A stretch of 64,000 bases of DNA, taken from Cycas panzhihuaensis. Its lineage: Eukaryota; Plantae; Cycadophyta. The stretch lies in assembly GCA_023213395.1 (NCBI GenBank), contig CM041465.1, positions 150,109,741 to 150,173,740 of the forward strand, written 5' to 3'. Numbering within the stretch: position 1 is the first letter of the stretch; each line of letters starts with the position of its first letter. Made by a program: the position numbers and the translations under genes. The notes under the pieces are model-generated. The model did not search any database. It saw nothing but the letters and a program-made list of their open reading frames with translations, and was not told the DNA's origin. Positions 51,069-64,000 of this stretch are shown here, in pieces.

Positions 51069-52194
51069 GCTATGTATGTAAATAAAAAAGCATGCTAGAT
51101 TTAGCAGGGGAACCGGATGTTGCTTTCGATCCAAGATTTCCCTTACTTTAGTATAATGTTTCCAAATATGATTTTGGAAGTTTTAATACAAAATCCATAA
51201 TGGGATAAAATATGGATCAACTTTCCACTAAAATGATGATTTTTCTAAATCTATATGCATGCTATTTTGCCCTATTTTGTGATTTTTTCACAAAATTTAT
51301 AAATAATGATAAATGGATAAATTTTTAGAAATTACAAATATAAAGGCCTAAATGATGAAATCTAAATTTATGATAGAAGGAAAACGTGTTTATAATATCA
51401 TTTTTGATAGAGTTATGAAGTCATATTTCAAAAAATGCACAAAAACTTTTCTACTCGAAAAAGTACAAGAAGTAAAATCATGCCAGATCAACTATCTCAG
51501 AATCTGGACTTCAATATGTCAAAAGTTATGTTTTGACATGTAAATTAACTTTCCCTTCTACACCATTTACAAAATCTACCAAAACCTTACATGAAATGCC
51601 CTTGCAAGGTTCTTTATAGGGTTGAGTAGGCAAAATTAGCAACTGTGAGAAAACTACATAGATCTCACTAACCAGTGGATGAAATTTGATGAGATTTATC
51701 TTAAAATGATCTTAAGACATAATTCTACTAGATTCTTTAATAAAACTTTTAGATCTTCAACTTATAATTGAAGGATTTCATTAGGAAAAGTGCTTTAAAC
51801 CACTTATCCACAAAATTTACCGTTTTTGTCATAGCCAAAACTTGCTATTTTAGGTTGATTTTAAAGTTGCTCTAGAATACAAAAATGATCCTCTAGTGAA
51901 GGCGACCTTGCATGCCAAATTTTATGAAATTTAGAGATAGTCTAATTTTTATAAAATTTTAGGCCTTTAATGCTTCTAGGACTATTTCGGCAACTAAACG
52001 GCTTCAAAAACCTGTATTCTTCACCTCTAAATTTCTGCACACATGGACAAAGTAGAAATATATAAAATAAGATAATTTTATGCTCTCAAAATGTTAAAAA
52101 AATAAGGAATGCACTCTCAATACTTCACATTGAAGGTGAAGGAGAGGCAAAATGACTCCATGCAAGTGGAATGGAGTGAATAGATCTTCTTCTG

Positions 52195-52206
52195 GCTCTG
52201 ATACCA
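52195..52206 (-). promoter_or_regulatory. Primer-binding site (tRNA-iMet) of Copia-6
   Basis: GCTCTGATACCA, a perfect reverse complement of TGGTATCAGAGC, 2 bp from the LTR. Confidence 0.96.
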
Positions 52207-52208
52207 CA

Positions 52209-52520
52209 TGAAGGAAGGATGGATCTAAGAGATAAATCACTCACATGCATACAATGGCAATGGAGAATGAAAAAGAAGATGAAACAAGATATGAGAGCAA
52301 GCTTAGAGGTGAGAATGAATAATTACTCCCTCCTTGAGATTTCACCTTTTATTATTGAGGGTGAGCATTAGGGTTAGGATTTTCTTGCCTAATGATATGA
52401 ACCCGAAATTACATCTAAATGCACATAAAGTACATTTCATTAAGAGACTAATGCTAATAATATATCCTAAGGTCACATAATTAATCTACACAAATGACCT
52501 TGATACATTAACCTCTTTCA
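52209..52520 (-). repeat. Copia-6 5' LTR
   Basis: Pairs with 44867-45178; adjacent to the PBS. Confidence 0.97.
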
Positions 52521-54669
52521 TAATTAATCACCATTAGAGAAATGATGCTAAAATCAGAGGTGATAGCTTGTATTTTAAGGATCCTGCATATTGCATATAA
52601 GAACTTCACCAACAAATAAGTTATCCACTATGGAATTTAATTCCTTAGAATCATTATTATTAGAGAATAAGCAGAAGTCAATGGACTTAAGCAAGGAGTC
52701 ATCTAAAGCAATAGCATCTAGATCAAAGGGAAAGAAACTATATGTTCATAAGGGGAACACTTCCTCTAAATATAATATTTGAAAAGAAAAACTTAAAATT
52801 TCAAAGAGGTAGTATAAATTGAAGTGTTTTTATTGTTGTAAGCTGGTGAACATTAAGAAATACTATTAGGTATTGCAATGGTAGTAGCATTAGTAGTAAT
52901 AGTCATAATGATAACCTCATTAGCAATAATAGTAGAGGTAATAATATCCTACTAGGCAAAAATGATATATTTTGCATGTAATAGGAATGCATCTATAGAG
53001 ATAGGAAAGAAATTATTCATTTTTATGTTCTAAATATAATCTAATATACATGATGTCTAGTTTATTAATTATAATACATCTAGACGTATGATTGATAGAT
53101 TGTAGTACTTTAGAGAAATGTAGGAAGTCAACTAAAAAGTAACCATTGGAGATGAGTTAGATTTAGGATTGGTTAGAATAAGAAATATACCCATCAAATG
53201 CCAAATAGTAAGAAGTGTTATTTGGAGAATATGATTTATATACCTAATGTAAAGACCAACCTTATATTAGTGGGTGATAATTAAGAAATAAAACATGACT
53301 AATATATTTTCTAAAGGATAGTGCATAGTTTAAGATAGCTAAGAAAAGGTTGTATCTACAGGAATTATATATAACTATTTATATGAATCATAAGGTCACT
53401 CTAAATTACAAAGATCTTTCCTTGTTGTATCTCTAAAGCAAAAACTTTGGCATGAACAAATAGGACATTTGGACTACTTTAGTCTAAAGATGATGCATAA
53501 GTTAAAAATAGTGTATGTTCTATCTAAAATTAATACTAAATATTATTTATATGAACCTTATATTTTTAGCAAATAGCACAAAGAACCTTTTCGCATGAAG
53601 AAAACTTTGAGAGCTAGAGAGAAGCTTAGTTTGGTACACTCAAATGTCTGTGTATCAATGGTAATCGTTTCACTTAGAGGAAATAAATATTTCATTATTT
53701 TCATTAATGACTTTTCATAAAACATCTAGGTTTATCCTTTAAAGAACAAATCTCAAGCCTTCATCTATTTTAAATAATTTAAGGAATATTTAGATAATAA
53801 AAGTGGTCATAAGATCAAAATTTTGTGAATAGATAATGGTGGATAATTCACTTCAAATAAATTCAATTAGGTCTAAAAGAATCATGGGATTAGAAAGAAT
53901 ATCACCGCTACCTATATGCCTTAATAGAATGGAGTAGATGATTGAATGAATATGACATTGGTCAAAAAGCTAAATCCATGATGAGAGGAAAGGATGTTGC
54001 AAATAATTTATGGGATGAAGCTATAAATATAACTACATATCTAATGAACAAAAGTGCTAAGAATATTGTTAGAGACAAAATACCTAAGGAAGCTTAAATA
54101 AATATGATGCCAACTATATGTCACTTGGGAATTTTTAGGTGTATAACCTACATGCATATCCCAAAAGAAAAAAGAAAAATATTAGACAACAAAAGCACTA
54201 AACACATCCATGTAGGATACTCTTAGGAGAGAAAAATATATAGAAATTTCAAGTTGCAAATTTAAAAAGTCCACACAACTAGAGATATTATCTTTAATAA
54301 GGAAAATATAATAAATTTGGATTCAATTGATGTTGAGGAGTAAATTGAGGAGCAATCTTAGTGTAGATCTTCATGGGACCTTAGTGAGCATAATGTTGAA
54401 CCATTTAACATTAGTGAAATAATAGATATGAAATCATTTGAATTTCGGGAGGCTAAACCTAAGCTTAAGCCTAAGTTTAAGTCTTAAAAAGCTCCCACAC
54501 CTTTGCCTCCATCTTCATAGATGAAGTTGCCTCAATGGTACTTAAAAACTATGAAAGATTTTAATAAAGTAGTTATCTAATCCCATCAAGAGATTACACA
54601 TACACACTTAGTCTTAACACTCCTTATGGGGTCAACTTACTAATGGTGTATAGCATAAGAGCACCAAGG

Positions 54670-55216
54670 TGTTACAAAAAACTTTAGAGGACATAAGAAG
54701 ACTAGGATAGACTTAGATAAGGTGAGTTCCTAGTTATAAAAGGTAGAACCCTTAACTATATTCTATCATTTTTTATTAAGTACATTTAGTGATAAGCTAA
54801 TGTGTGAAGTGAGATGAGATATTTACTAATACCTAATCCTCAAATAGAACTATCTCAATGGTATGAGTTATTGAAATAAGGAGACACTTTACAAAAATAA
54901 ATTTTATTAATCATCCCTAGTCCAGTTTGATCACCTTGCAAAAAATAATGATCTTCCATATAGCTTAGTTTTTACAATTGAAACCCTCATGAATAGTTTT
55001 ATGTAAAAAAAGTTATATATATATTTTTTTAACCACTATTTCTCAATAGTCCCATTGTAACAAGGGTACTATGCACTTCATTGTATACTAGGTTATTTTC
55101 AACTCATACTTTCTAGGATAAATTGCATATAAGTATCCTATAGGCCACACAATCTAATTTTATCTATTTTCTCACCTATATTATTTTGACAAGTACATCA
55201 CATTATTCATAATACA
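54670..55216. mobile_element. Probable solo LTR (547 bp)
   Basis: TGTTACA...AATACA termini flanked by CAAGG (54665-54669) / TAAGG (55217-55221); no second copy in the window. Confidence 0.6.
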
Positions 55217-55529
55217 TAAGGTAAATTTATGGTATAAATATTATAATTAATGGGCTATGGATACCCCACCCCTTCCTAACCATTATATTACATTCCCAAT
55301 TCTTAATTCTAGTTCTTTTCTCTTCTTGATTCTTAATACCCTTTCTTCTTACCTAGTCCACTTCTCTATATTTACTTTTGTAACTTATTTCTTCTTACAC
55401 AATGGCTCTCACTACCTAAGCAAATTGAATCTCTACCCTAGAATCCTAATATACCACTTTAAATGACAACATCACTAATCTCTTTAATAAACTCATAAAA
55501 CTCATCACTAAGATTTCTAATATGCATTT

Positions 55530-55682
55530 TATCCTTACTTCATCTAGAACCTCTTCAACACCACCACCATCACCTCACTATTATCAACACCTTAAGATCA
55601 CCATTTTAGCCTTTGATCTAAAGTTAAATTATGATTTTGCCCATAGTTAGATCGATAAACTTAAGTCATACTTTGATCTAGT
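55530..55682 (+). pseudogene. Gypsy-type gag N-terminal remnant
   Basis: PPPSPHYYQHLKITILAFD....FAHS*IDKLKSYFDL resembles the P.F.G...W+.K+E.YF gag start. Confidence 0.5.
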
Positions 55683-55683
55683 G

Positions 55684-58600
55684 TGTTCTAGAGTGGGCCC
55701 CTTAAGACCTTAAAGGAGAGGAAAGATCCTTTCAAAAGAAGTGAAGGGGAAATGACTCAACAAATATTTTAACTTCCTTTTGAATAGAATAGAGATATTC
55801 TCCTTTGTATGTGTAGAGAAAGGATCAATTTTTACTACTAACTAATTAAATAAATAATGATCATTAATAAAAAGAAAAGAAAGAAAGAAAGAAAAATTAA
55901 TACTTATCTAGCTCTGCTTGAGAAGGAAAATAGAGAATAAGAGCTTCTAAAGATAGGAGAGTTACTAGGGTCCTTATCCTAAATGTAAGTAAACTTAGGC
56001 CTCCTAAAGTTTGCTAACCTCTCATCCTTCTAAAGGAAAGACCTAACCTAGACCTACCCCAAAATAAAGGAAAAGAAAGCTTTGATATTTTGTCTAAAGA
56101 GTAAGAAGATTGACAAGAAAAGAAACTCAAGAGATCTTATACCCTAGATTAATGACCAATATATGGGTTAGTTTGTGGGAACTCTATCACCCAATGATAT
56201 TCCACCTATGAAGTTGAATAACCTGGGTATTCCCACATCTAATTATAGTGAGTTTTTAATGCTTAGAAGGTGAAAATGAGAGAGAAGCAACCAATCTCAA
56301 CTACAAATAAGGTGGTAATCTCTCTTGATCACATGCAATCAATATAATTGCTCATCATCTTATGGTTCAAAACATGATGAGAATATTTATTCTTAAGAGA
56401 GGGTGAGTTTATACATTAGGTGTCTTGATTCTCAGCCAATCAAAAATTCCCTCAATAAGAGAGCAAAGCCCCTTAGGGAAATAAGTAAACAACACATACC
56501 TAAGTACAAACTAGGGATTATTTCTTTATTTAAATGCATATAACATACAACCTAAACTATGCGAAATAATAAATAACTTAATAAAACAACCTAAGCTAAT
56601 GCACTTAATGCAAACTATATACTTGTATCCTTTCCTCTTTTTCTCTTCTTGTTTTATTTTAAATTAATGCAAGTGATGCCCTTCTAAATATGCACACACA
56701 AGAAGGTATAAAGAGTTCTTTTACTATGCTTATGCCTATCCTAGATGCAAGTATATGAAAGCTTTTTTATCTCATTTTCTTTTATTTTATCTAATTAAGA
56801 AGGGAATGCCATTAAATGTTCTTTTTAATTTATCCTCTTTCTTTTTTCTTTTTAACTTAGAATGAATGCATACATGCAAATCTTTCTCTTTTTTTCAATG
56901 CAAACACATACAAGCATTAAACAAATAAGAAAGGTAAATATCACTGAAAACTATGCAATAGTTGAATGTAATTCCTTCCATCTTTCTCTTTTTATTTTGA
57001 TTATACTAGCATGTAAAGAGAGTACAATGATGTGATGAAGCCTAAAGGGAGAGGAAGGACAAGAAAGTGTGTGCATTTTCCTTTCATTTAGTACCACTCC
57101 ACTTTCATCAAACAAGTTAATATAAATAAAGCCTAATCACTAATGTATACCATGCACTTCAATTTTTTGATAAAAAGAAGAACTTTTATACTAAAATTTT
57201 GGTAGCATCTGCTACACCTAGGAAATTTTGGTGGGAAAAGAGTGTAAATAGGCTCAAAATCCTATTGAAAATGATTTCAAATATCTTTTAGATTCTTGGG
57301 ATAAGTAACTAACCTCCCTAGGAAAACTTCAGTAGTACTCTTACTGTTTTTCAAAATTTTCCAAAGTTATAAGTATGAAACTTGTCCAAATAGATGATAA
57401 TCTAAGTGAAAATGATGAGAATTAATATAAAGAAAATTTAAGACAAAAAGTAGCATGCCAGTAGCATGAGATCTATCTAATAACACTTTAAATGACTCAA
57501 AACTAAAGTAAACTAGTGATGTTTAAATCAATCAAGAAAAAAAAAATTATAAAACAACCACTTACCAATGTACTATGAAAAGTGGGAAGAGAGGGGGTGC
57601 CTTAGGTCCATTTTATATATCCTCCAAGTTACTCCAAGATCATGCTCTAACAAGTTACGAAAGTAAAAAAAAAACTAATTTATGGGAAAAAATTATAAGA
57701 AGGTGGAGAGGTTCAACCTAAATAAAGAAGAGAAACAAGAAGAGGGTAAGGAGGGTAAGGCAAATATGAGATGGGGTATGGACTTGTTAGAAACCTCCTT
57801 AAAAGAAATAATCACTTTATCATTATCAAAGGTCTCATTAAATGGTTTCACCTATTTATAAAAGGGCCTTATTTTATGCATATAAATATGCCCCTAATTA
57901 TAACATCATGACTTATATTTTCTCAAATAATCAATTGGTCCTTTTACTATTAAAATCATTCTCAAGTGCCCATTGTGCTCCTTGCCTCATTGAAACTTGT
58001 TCCTTACTTCTTGTTATAAACTAGGTTCATAACAAGTGGTATTAGAGTAATTATCTAGCACCTACTTAATAATTAGTGCTTTCCCTAGTTTTGCAAACTT
58101 TATCATTATTGTTTATTACTTCTTCTCATGACGTGGCCCTTATATTATCACTGCCTATTCATTCATATTCTAGCTATCTTCAATTGATGTCTTCTCTCTA
58201 ATCCATAGTTTATTCTCTATTGCTTCATCTCCATAAGTACCATTCATTTACATCAATATATATCATTCTATATTTCTATCTCCATTTACATATTTTTCTA
58301 CTGCCCATAATGTCCCCCTTATTTACATTACCCTTGTGTATACGAATCCATAATAAAACACTTGTTAATATTTTGTCAATTGAGCATTATTATTTTGAAG
58401 TCTTTATGTTTTTATTTCCTTGTTTATTACCCCGACTTCCATCATATTTATAATGAAACTTTGTATCCAACATTCCATTACATCATGCATTTATCTAATA
58501 TATATTTTCATACTACATTGTTTCTATGAGATACATAATAACTCATGTTAAATGGCCTATACCATACACACTATTAAATCTACTGTGATTAACGTTGATG

Positions 58601-61600
58601 AGATTATTAGCTTACATCTACATGGAAATATAAATTACTATATATGTTATTAAATATGTTGCATTAGTGAGTTTACTAAATCTGTTGTGTCTTATGTGAT
58701 TGATGTTAACTTACCTTTGCATGGAAATATATTATTAAATTATAAAACTACTACTATATCATAATAGTAATCTAATTTAGTCTAATCTTATTACTTATGT
58801 CTACACTAAGCTATTGCTAAATAAAATAATATAATGGTATGGGTTGTATAACTGCACCAATCTATTACTAAATGAAATAATATAGTGGCATAGGTTATAT
58901 AAACTGGCGAATTACTAAAACCTATGTAAAGTATTATCTATGGTTATGGAAATAACATATAAGTTGATAAATTCAATAAAATTAATATACTCACCTATAA
59001 TCCAATGGTTGACTATATTCCAACTATCACCTAGTTCCACTTAAGTTGACCTTCTCATAAGTTATGCAATGAGTCATCCCAAAATAAAAGAAAACCATTG
59101 CACATATAGGAGTGATACCAAATTCATACATCTACGATGATACATAATCTTTTGTAGAATCCCATATATAAGTAAAATACCATAGGTGACTACATATATT
59201 GAAAGGCATAACAATAACATAAAAATCTATAATAATATATTTAATTAGCTCAAGGCATATCACAATAGTTTTTGGGAAGACAAGATCTATATACAGGAGG
59301 CATTATATCCACCTTAATGCATCATATAAAGATTACAAAGAGACCCTCGTACCTCTTGTATAAACATCTTAGGAATAGGTTAGGTTAATCTATCATAAAT
59401 ATTTCAAAAAGACACTCACACCCTCTAAGTGCATGTATATATAATGTTAATAAAATATTTAAAAATAAGGTAAGGGAATGGGAGCATTATTCTAAGGAAT
59501 AAGATTAGCACTAGTAAGACTTAACCCTATAACACAAAATAAATATGCAATAGAGCTTAAGTATAATGGGGCATTCAATATGGGACAATATGATGTGATT
59601 TATACTCGTCATTATTTACTAGTTTATATACAATGATCCTATTTGTGTTATAGCAAGGAAGGATGGGAAGGCATTGATTACATACTTATGGGTTATAGAC
59701 AATTTGGCCAAGGAAGTGGTTGAAGATACTAATAAGATTTTTTATAGACCTATAAGAAATATGATTAGCGTTCTTGGTAGTGCATCTTTATGCATTTTCT
59801 TGATAGATTATCAAAGTCAAGATCATCATAACATTATGAGAATGGTTGAAATAATAGAAGTACAATTTACAAAGCCATTAATTTTGAGTAAAATAATATA
59901 TTTCATTTGTTACAAGTATGAAGTGGGAGAGTATAATCTTGCTAAACAAATGGGATTAAAGCTAACCAATCACCATTAACTTGAAGACTTCTTAAAGGTT
60001 CAGGCATCACTTCCCAAAGAGAACTACCTAAGAAGTAGATGGGAGGTGGAGCTTTTAGAGGACAATGTCAGGGATTCAAAGTAGTAGAAGTTATCTACCT
60101 CTTTTATCAACACATAATCAAGTCTCACATAAATATTCTACTAGTTTACATGGACCTCTTATAGTGCCAAATTCCAAACCCCTTTCACATTATACATCAG
60201 ATAAGTTGGTTTTACAAATAAGGAATTAGCAAGGATAAAACTTTCACCTAAAGATCATATAGTAACAAAGACTTATAGAGAACTTGAAAGGAGTGAGAAG
60301 CTTTTAGACATAAAAAGTGGAAGTGGATATATAGAATCTTATTTAACACTAGTAAGCCTTAATGATACCTACTTGTTAGTGTTAGATAAAAAATTAAAGG
60401 AGTAAGTAAGAAGGGTATAAGAATCACAACAAAAAAATTCAACTAAAATCCATGAAGAACATATGGATAAATATGTCAAGAAGGAAGACAAGGATGATAT
60501 ATTTATACTAAAAGTTAATGGAATACAATATCATGTAATATAGAAAGAAAAAGGGCCAATAAACTAAATTATAATTCCAACATATAATTTGATCACACAG
60601 GAAGAAGAAGGTAATATTCAATAAGAAACTAAGAATAAACCATTAATAGATGACAAGGACAAAAAGCTAGTGTCATTCCCAAAAGAATATATAATAATAA
60701 ATAATAAAAAAAATATTGGGTATGTGCTAAAAAATTCACTAATATTAGTGATTATACTTATGTACATTGACTGATTTAAGAAGGACTATCCAGTGTCAAT
60801 AACATCTCCTACTCAATCTGGACAAAAATTACCAATGTTGTTGATAATAAGTTCACCTTCTAAGCAACTTGGGCAAGATTCAAAAGTAAGTAAAAAACCT
60901 TATACCTTAAAATAATACTATTAGGGAATATCACTAACAATGACTCTTTACAAAAATATATTGAACAATTTTAGAAATAGTGACTCAACCCCTAATGATA
61001 CTTATAACATTGTAATTAAAGCTTTTGGTGAAATTAATATATGAGATAGTATGAATCAAATAATTACATCATATATACTAAGGGATTCTCTAGTATCAAC
61101 AATAATCACTTTATCGCCTAATAAACCTAAGAAGATCATAAGCATTAGTATAGAATCCTATATTTTAAGACAATATTGCATCTATCAATAGTTTTAAGTC
61201 ATAACTAAATGGAAGATTCCTTGGCAGTAATCTTTAACCTACAAGGAAGGGCATATAGAAATTCAACATTCTTGTAGTCATCATCTACTAAAGAATTCCA
61301 ATTTGTTTATAACCACATAAACTTATTTAAGCTTGTCCTTGTATTCAGTTTTGTTATTATTTAAGTTTATATAATTATGAATCAATGACATATATCATAT
61401 GATTATGATATTCTTTTATCAACAAGAGGTAATGTCAGACTAATCATTATCTCAATTATGTTTTAAGGAGAAAACATTTCAAGAAGAGGGTCTTGTTACA
61501 AACCTCCTTAAAAGAAATAATTAATCAATCATGATCAAAGGTCTCATTGAATGGTTGCACCCATTTATGAAATGACCCTATTTTGTTCATATAAATATGT

Positions 61601-63025
61601 CCCCAATTGTTACATTCACCATCACTTATATTTTATCAAATAATTAATTGTTCTTTTAACTATTAAAAGCATTCTCAAGTGCCCATTATGCTCCTTGGCT
61701 CATTAAGATGTGTTCCTTACTCCTTGGGTGGTTACACTCTAAAATTTTAAAATCCCTCTTGAAAATACTCTAAATTATCCTCCAAGTAATCTTAAATATC
61801 ACTAAAAAGTTCTCAAAATGATAAATTAGAAATTTGGTATAATTTTATTACATATTTTTTCCTCCCATTTTCACAAAATAGTACAGTCTTTATAGAAAAA
61901 TAAGAGGGAAAGGGCTTAGGTAAAAAACATGGATTGATGGCCCCTGTTTTTGCAAAAAATTATAGCTAAAAAATGTAATTAACATAAGAAAATATAACCT
62001 TAATAAAATGAAAAACATGATAATAGGAATAAAATAGAATAAATCACCAAAAAACATGATCTAGTCACATTTTAGAGGTTGTAAAAATTATTTAAAAATT
62101 ATAATAATTAATGAAAAATGTGACTTAATAATGTTTTTGGTTATCATAGCACTATAAAAAATGAGATACTACATGTAAAATATGATAAATTGAATTTATT
62201 TTATTTTATGTATAATATCATGTTTTTTTCACTTATAGAAATGTGATATTATATGTAAAACATGATTAATTTAATTTATCACATATATATAATATCATAT
62301 TTTTTTAAAGACAAAAAATATAATAAGTCAATATCAATAAATTAGATCACATTTCATTATTTAAAAAGTAAAAAAAATGGTTCATAAGAATTCAAAAAAG
62401 GTAAAATCATTCATTGAGGCCATAGAATAATAATAAATAGTCAATGAAACATGCATTTAAGAATCATAAAATCAAAAAATGAAGTAGAATAATCTCTTTA
62501 AATAAAGTTGGATTTATTATATAATTTTATGTATAAAGATTTATATCATAAGCAATATAAAAGAAATCATACTTATGCACCAAAAATATTTAATCACAAC
62601 ACCATCAAAAGCATGCAAACAATCCAAACTATATTATCATCATTTAATATTAGAAAGAATGGAGAGGAATCAAACTTGGTCATGCCAAAAGGGAGGAGGC
62701 AGGATAAAACATTTATCCCTTCATGACAAAGGCTCAATGAATAAGTTAAAGTAAGATCATAAACATTACCAACCCTACCTATAGACTTATTTGCCCTAAG
62801 GTTTGGGCTATGTATATTATTTCCTAGATTGATTTAGAGATAGAATGGTTAGACTACCAATGATAAGCATAGGTGAGGCTATAAGAAGATTTTATATAAT
62901 GAGAGGAGCATGACTTTTCTAGAGTGAATAAACTAACCTATAAGAAAATAACCCTAAAATTTATAATTTTTTATCTTTTCTATTTTTTTAAGCTTTTGGG
63001 TTTTTCAAAGGTCTATGCTATGACA
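55684..63025 (-). mobile_element. Probable large Tat/Ogre-like LTR sequence interrupted by element 57785-61726
   Basis: On minus it begins TGTCATAGC...GAAAAACCC and ends TCTAGAACA; non-coding; shares the CTACCAAAATTT motif with the host 3' region; no matching TSD found. Confidence 0.45.
57785..61726 (+). mobile_element. Non-autonomous gypsy-type LTR element (~3.9 kb) with gag/protease-like remnants and no recognisable RT/INT core
   Basis: 5' LTR 57785-58034; PBS TGGTATTAGAGT 58037-58048; PPT AAGAAGAGGG 61481-61490; 3' LTR 61494-~61726 lacking its last ~21 bp; ICYSKEGWEGH knuckle-like motif ~59641-59674; NLAKQMGLKLTNH protease-like motif ~59935-59973. Confidence 0.8.
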
Positions 63026-63059
63026 TAAAAACTAAAGGAGTGTGAGCATATTATAGTGA

Positions 63060-63400
63060 ACCTACCATAGCTTAACCTCATTAGTGGTAAATTTTAGAGG
63101 TAGTACCTACCATAATTTTACCTTATTAATGGTTGACTTTTGGAGGAGTGGCCACCATAGTTTATCCTCTTTAGTGGCCATTCTATTTTCTTAAGTGATC
63201 AAAAGTACGAAGCCTTGAAGCATGATAAGAACTATCATAATTTAGGCTCTTTAATAGATAGGATTTTAGAGCTATAGTTTATTCTCATTATAGAGATAAG
63301 TGATGCCCCTAAACATGAATGTTAGGGGTAAGAAGTTAGTTTATACTCATCATGGAGTGTCCAACTAGTTTATATTCATCGTAGAGTGAGTGATGCCTCC
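63060..63400. repeat. Degenerate tandem repeat, motif (A)CCATAGTTTA.(C/T)CTCATTAGTGG, ~45-bp spacing
   Basis: Related motifs at ~63064, 63109, 63154, 63233, 63272, 63336 and 63365. Confidence 0.55.
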
Positions 63401-63699
63401 AACTTAAGGCGATAAAGCTAAGACCGATGGTGTTTAAGGATATAAGATACAAGTGAGTCATCTTTAACATTTTATTTATGCATAATGTATTATATAGAAA
63501 TAAAAGAGAATTGAGATAACAAGGATATAGTAGTATCTATTTCCCAGCTTCTAGGAATGGATACGGAGCAGTTGACTCAGGTAAGTATAGGTATGTTTCT
63601 CATCTTATTGTTATTTTCTTTTGTGAGGAATACTTGCTTGCATACTACATCTTCGTAGATGGTTTTGTGTCATCTACACTCATTTAGCCTATGACGACT

Positions 63700-64000
63700 A
63701 TAGAGGGGGCACATTCCTAGCGAGTGTGACACCTTGGTGGCTGCATAACTTCCTGCATTTTGCCCTACTTATCTTAAGACCCATTTAGTTCATGTCATTC
63801 TCGCCCGTGTGACGACCCATCATCGTTTGGTTGACTTGTCGCATCTTTGAGTCCCATTGTTGCTTCTTGTGGCTCATTTATCTGCTTGTCTGCCTCTAGG
63901 TAGGTGGGCCTGCCCCCTGCCAGCCTCTTAGGTCACTGGTCCATAGCCTAGGCTAGCTGTTTGGGCTAGTTTTGGCCTCTAGTCCTGCACCACAGCAGAT
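63700..64000. mobile_element. Start of a younger GC-rich repeat (probable LTR), truncated by the window end
   Basis: Abrupt rise in GC and CpG; TGTGACACC at 63725 and TGTGACGACCC at 63808 resemble gypsy LTR starts. Confidence 0.4.

Larger units (their letters stand above)
44867..52520 (-). mobile_element. Full-length Ty1/copia element (Copia-6), the youngest intact-structure element in the window
   Basis: 312-bp LTRs 44867-45178 and 52209-52520 (12 mismatches by manual count); TSD TAACT (44862-44866) / TAATT (52521-52525); perfect PBS TGGTATCAGAGC 52195-52206; PPT AAGGGGGGGAT 45179-45189. Confidence 0.97.
44580..54600 (+). mobile_element. Old truncated Ty1/copia element (Copia-7): gag split by Copia-6, then protease and integrase; RT and LTRs not found
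   Basis: Gag KLRNQLYNMKLVGSMIDHL*HVKSIQD*L rejoins *LITIREMMLKSEVIACILR across the TSD; KCFYCCKLVNIKKY zinc knuckle ~52822-52865; LWHEQIGHL; LSLVHSNVCVSM; KHIHVGYS; stops after KLPQWY ~54540. Confidence 0.85.

Noticed and set aside
58220-58453. Hydrophobic ORFs 55257-55466, 57842-58024 and 58220-58453
   Set aside because: Composition-driven ORFs in pyrimidine-rich LTR/leader sequence with no recognisable motif.
55679-63030. TSD for the putative large LTR 55684-63025
   Set aside because: Flanks TAGTG and TAAAA differ at 3 of 5 positions, so solo-LTR status is not claimed.

Overview
AT-rich, CpG-depleted plant nuclear DNA made almost entirely of nested, decayed LTR retrotransposons. I find no intact host gene, RNA gene or CRISPR array. 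The first ~38-41 kb is one Ty3/gypsy Tat-type element. Its gag-pol is split by four TSD-flanked insertions: Copia 628-7799, Copia 9936-17067, a 2-kb non-autonomous element 17308-19325, and Copia 19784-30771, which itself contains Copia 25512-29720. The Tat element has a second RNase HI (aRH) far downstream of integrase (37483-37868), an arrangement I associate with gymnosperm/early-diverging Tat lineages. The right part holds the youngest full element (Copia 44867-52520, 12 LTR mismatches in 312 bp, all transitions) inside an older Copia. It also has a solo LTR, a probable large Tat-like LTR with a nested non-autonomous gypsy element, and the start of a GC-rich young repeat. Most notable observations: (1) a captured fragment of a host hnRNP U-like (SPRY/P-loop) gene lying antisense right against a Copia primer-binding site; (2) a possible second capture (PPR-like) between duplicated LTR-end/PBS junctions; (3) a FUS-like [G/S]Y[G/Q] prion-like repeat plus RG tract in a Copia Gag; (4) short gag-only elements that share a leader but have unrelated LTRs. 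All assignments come from reading and hand translation, with no database searches, so domain boundaries are approximate.
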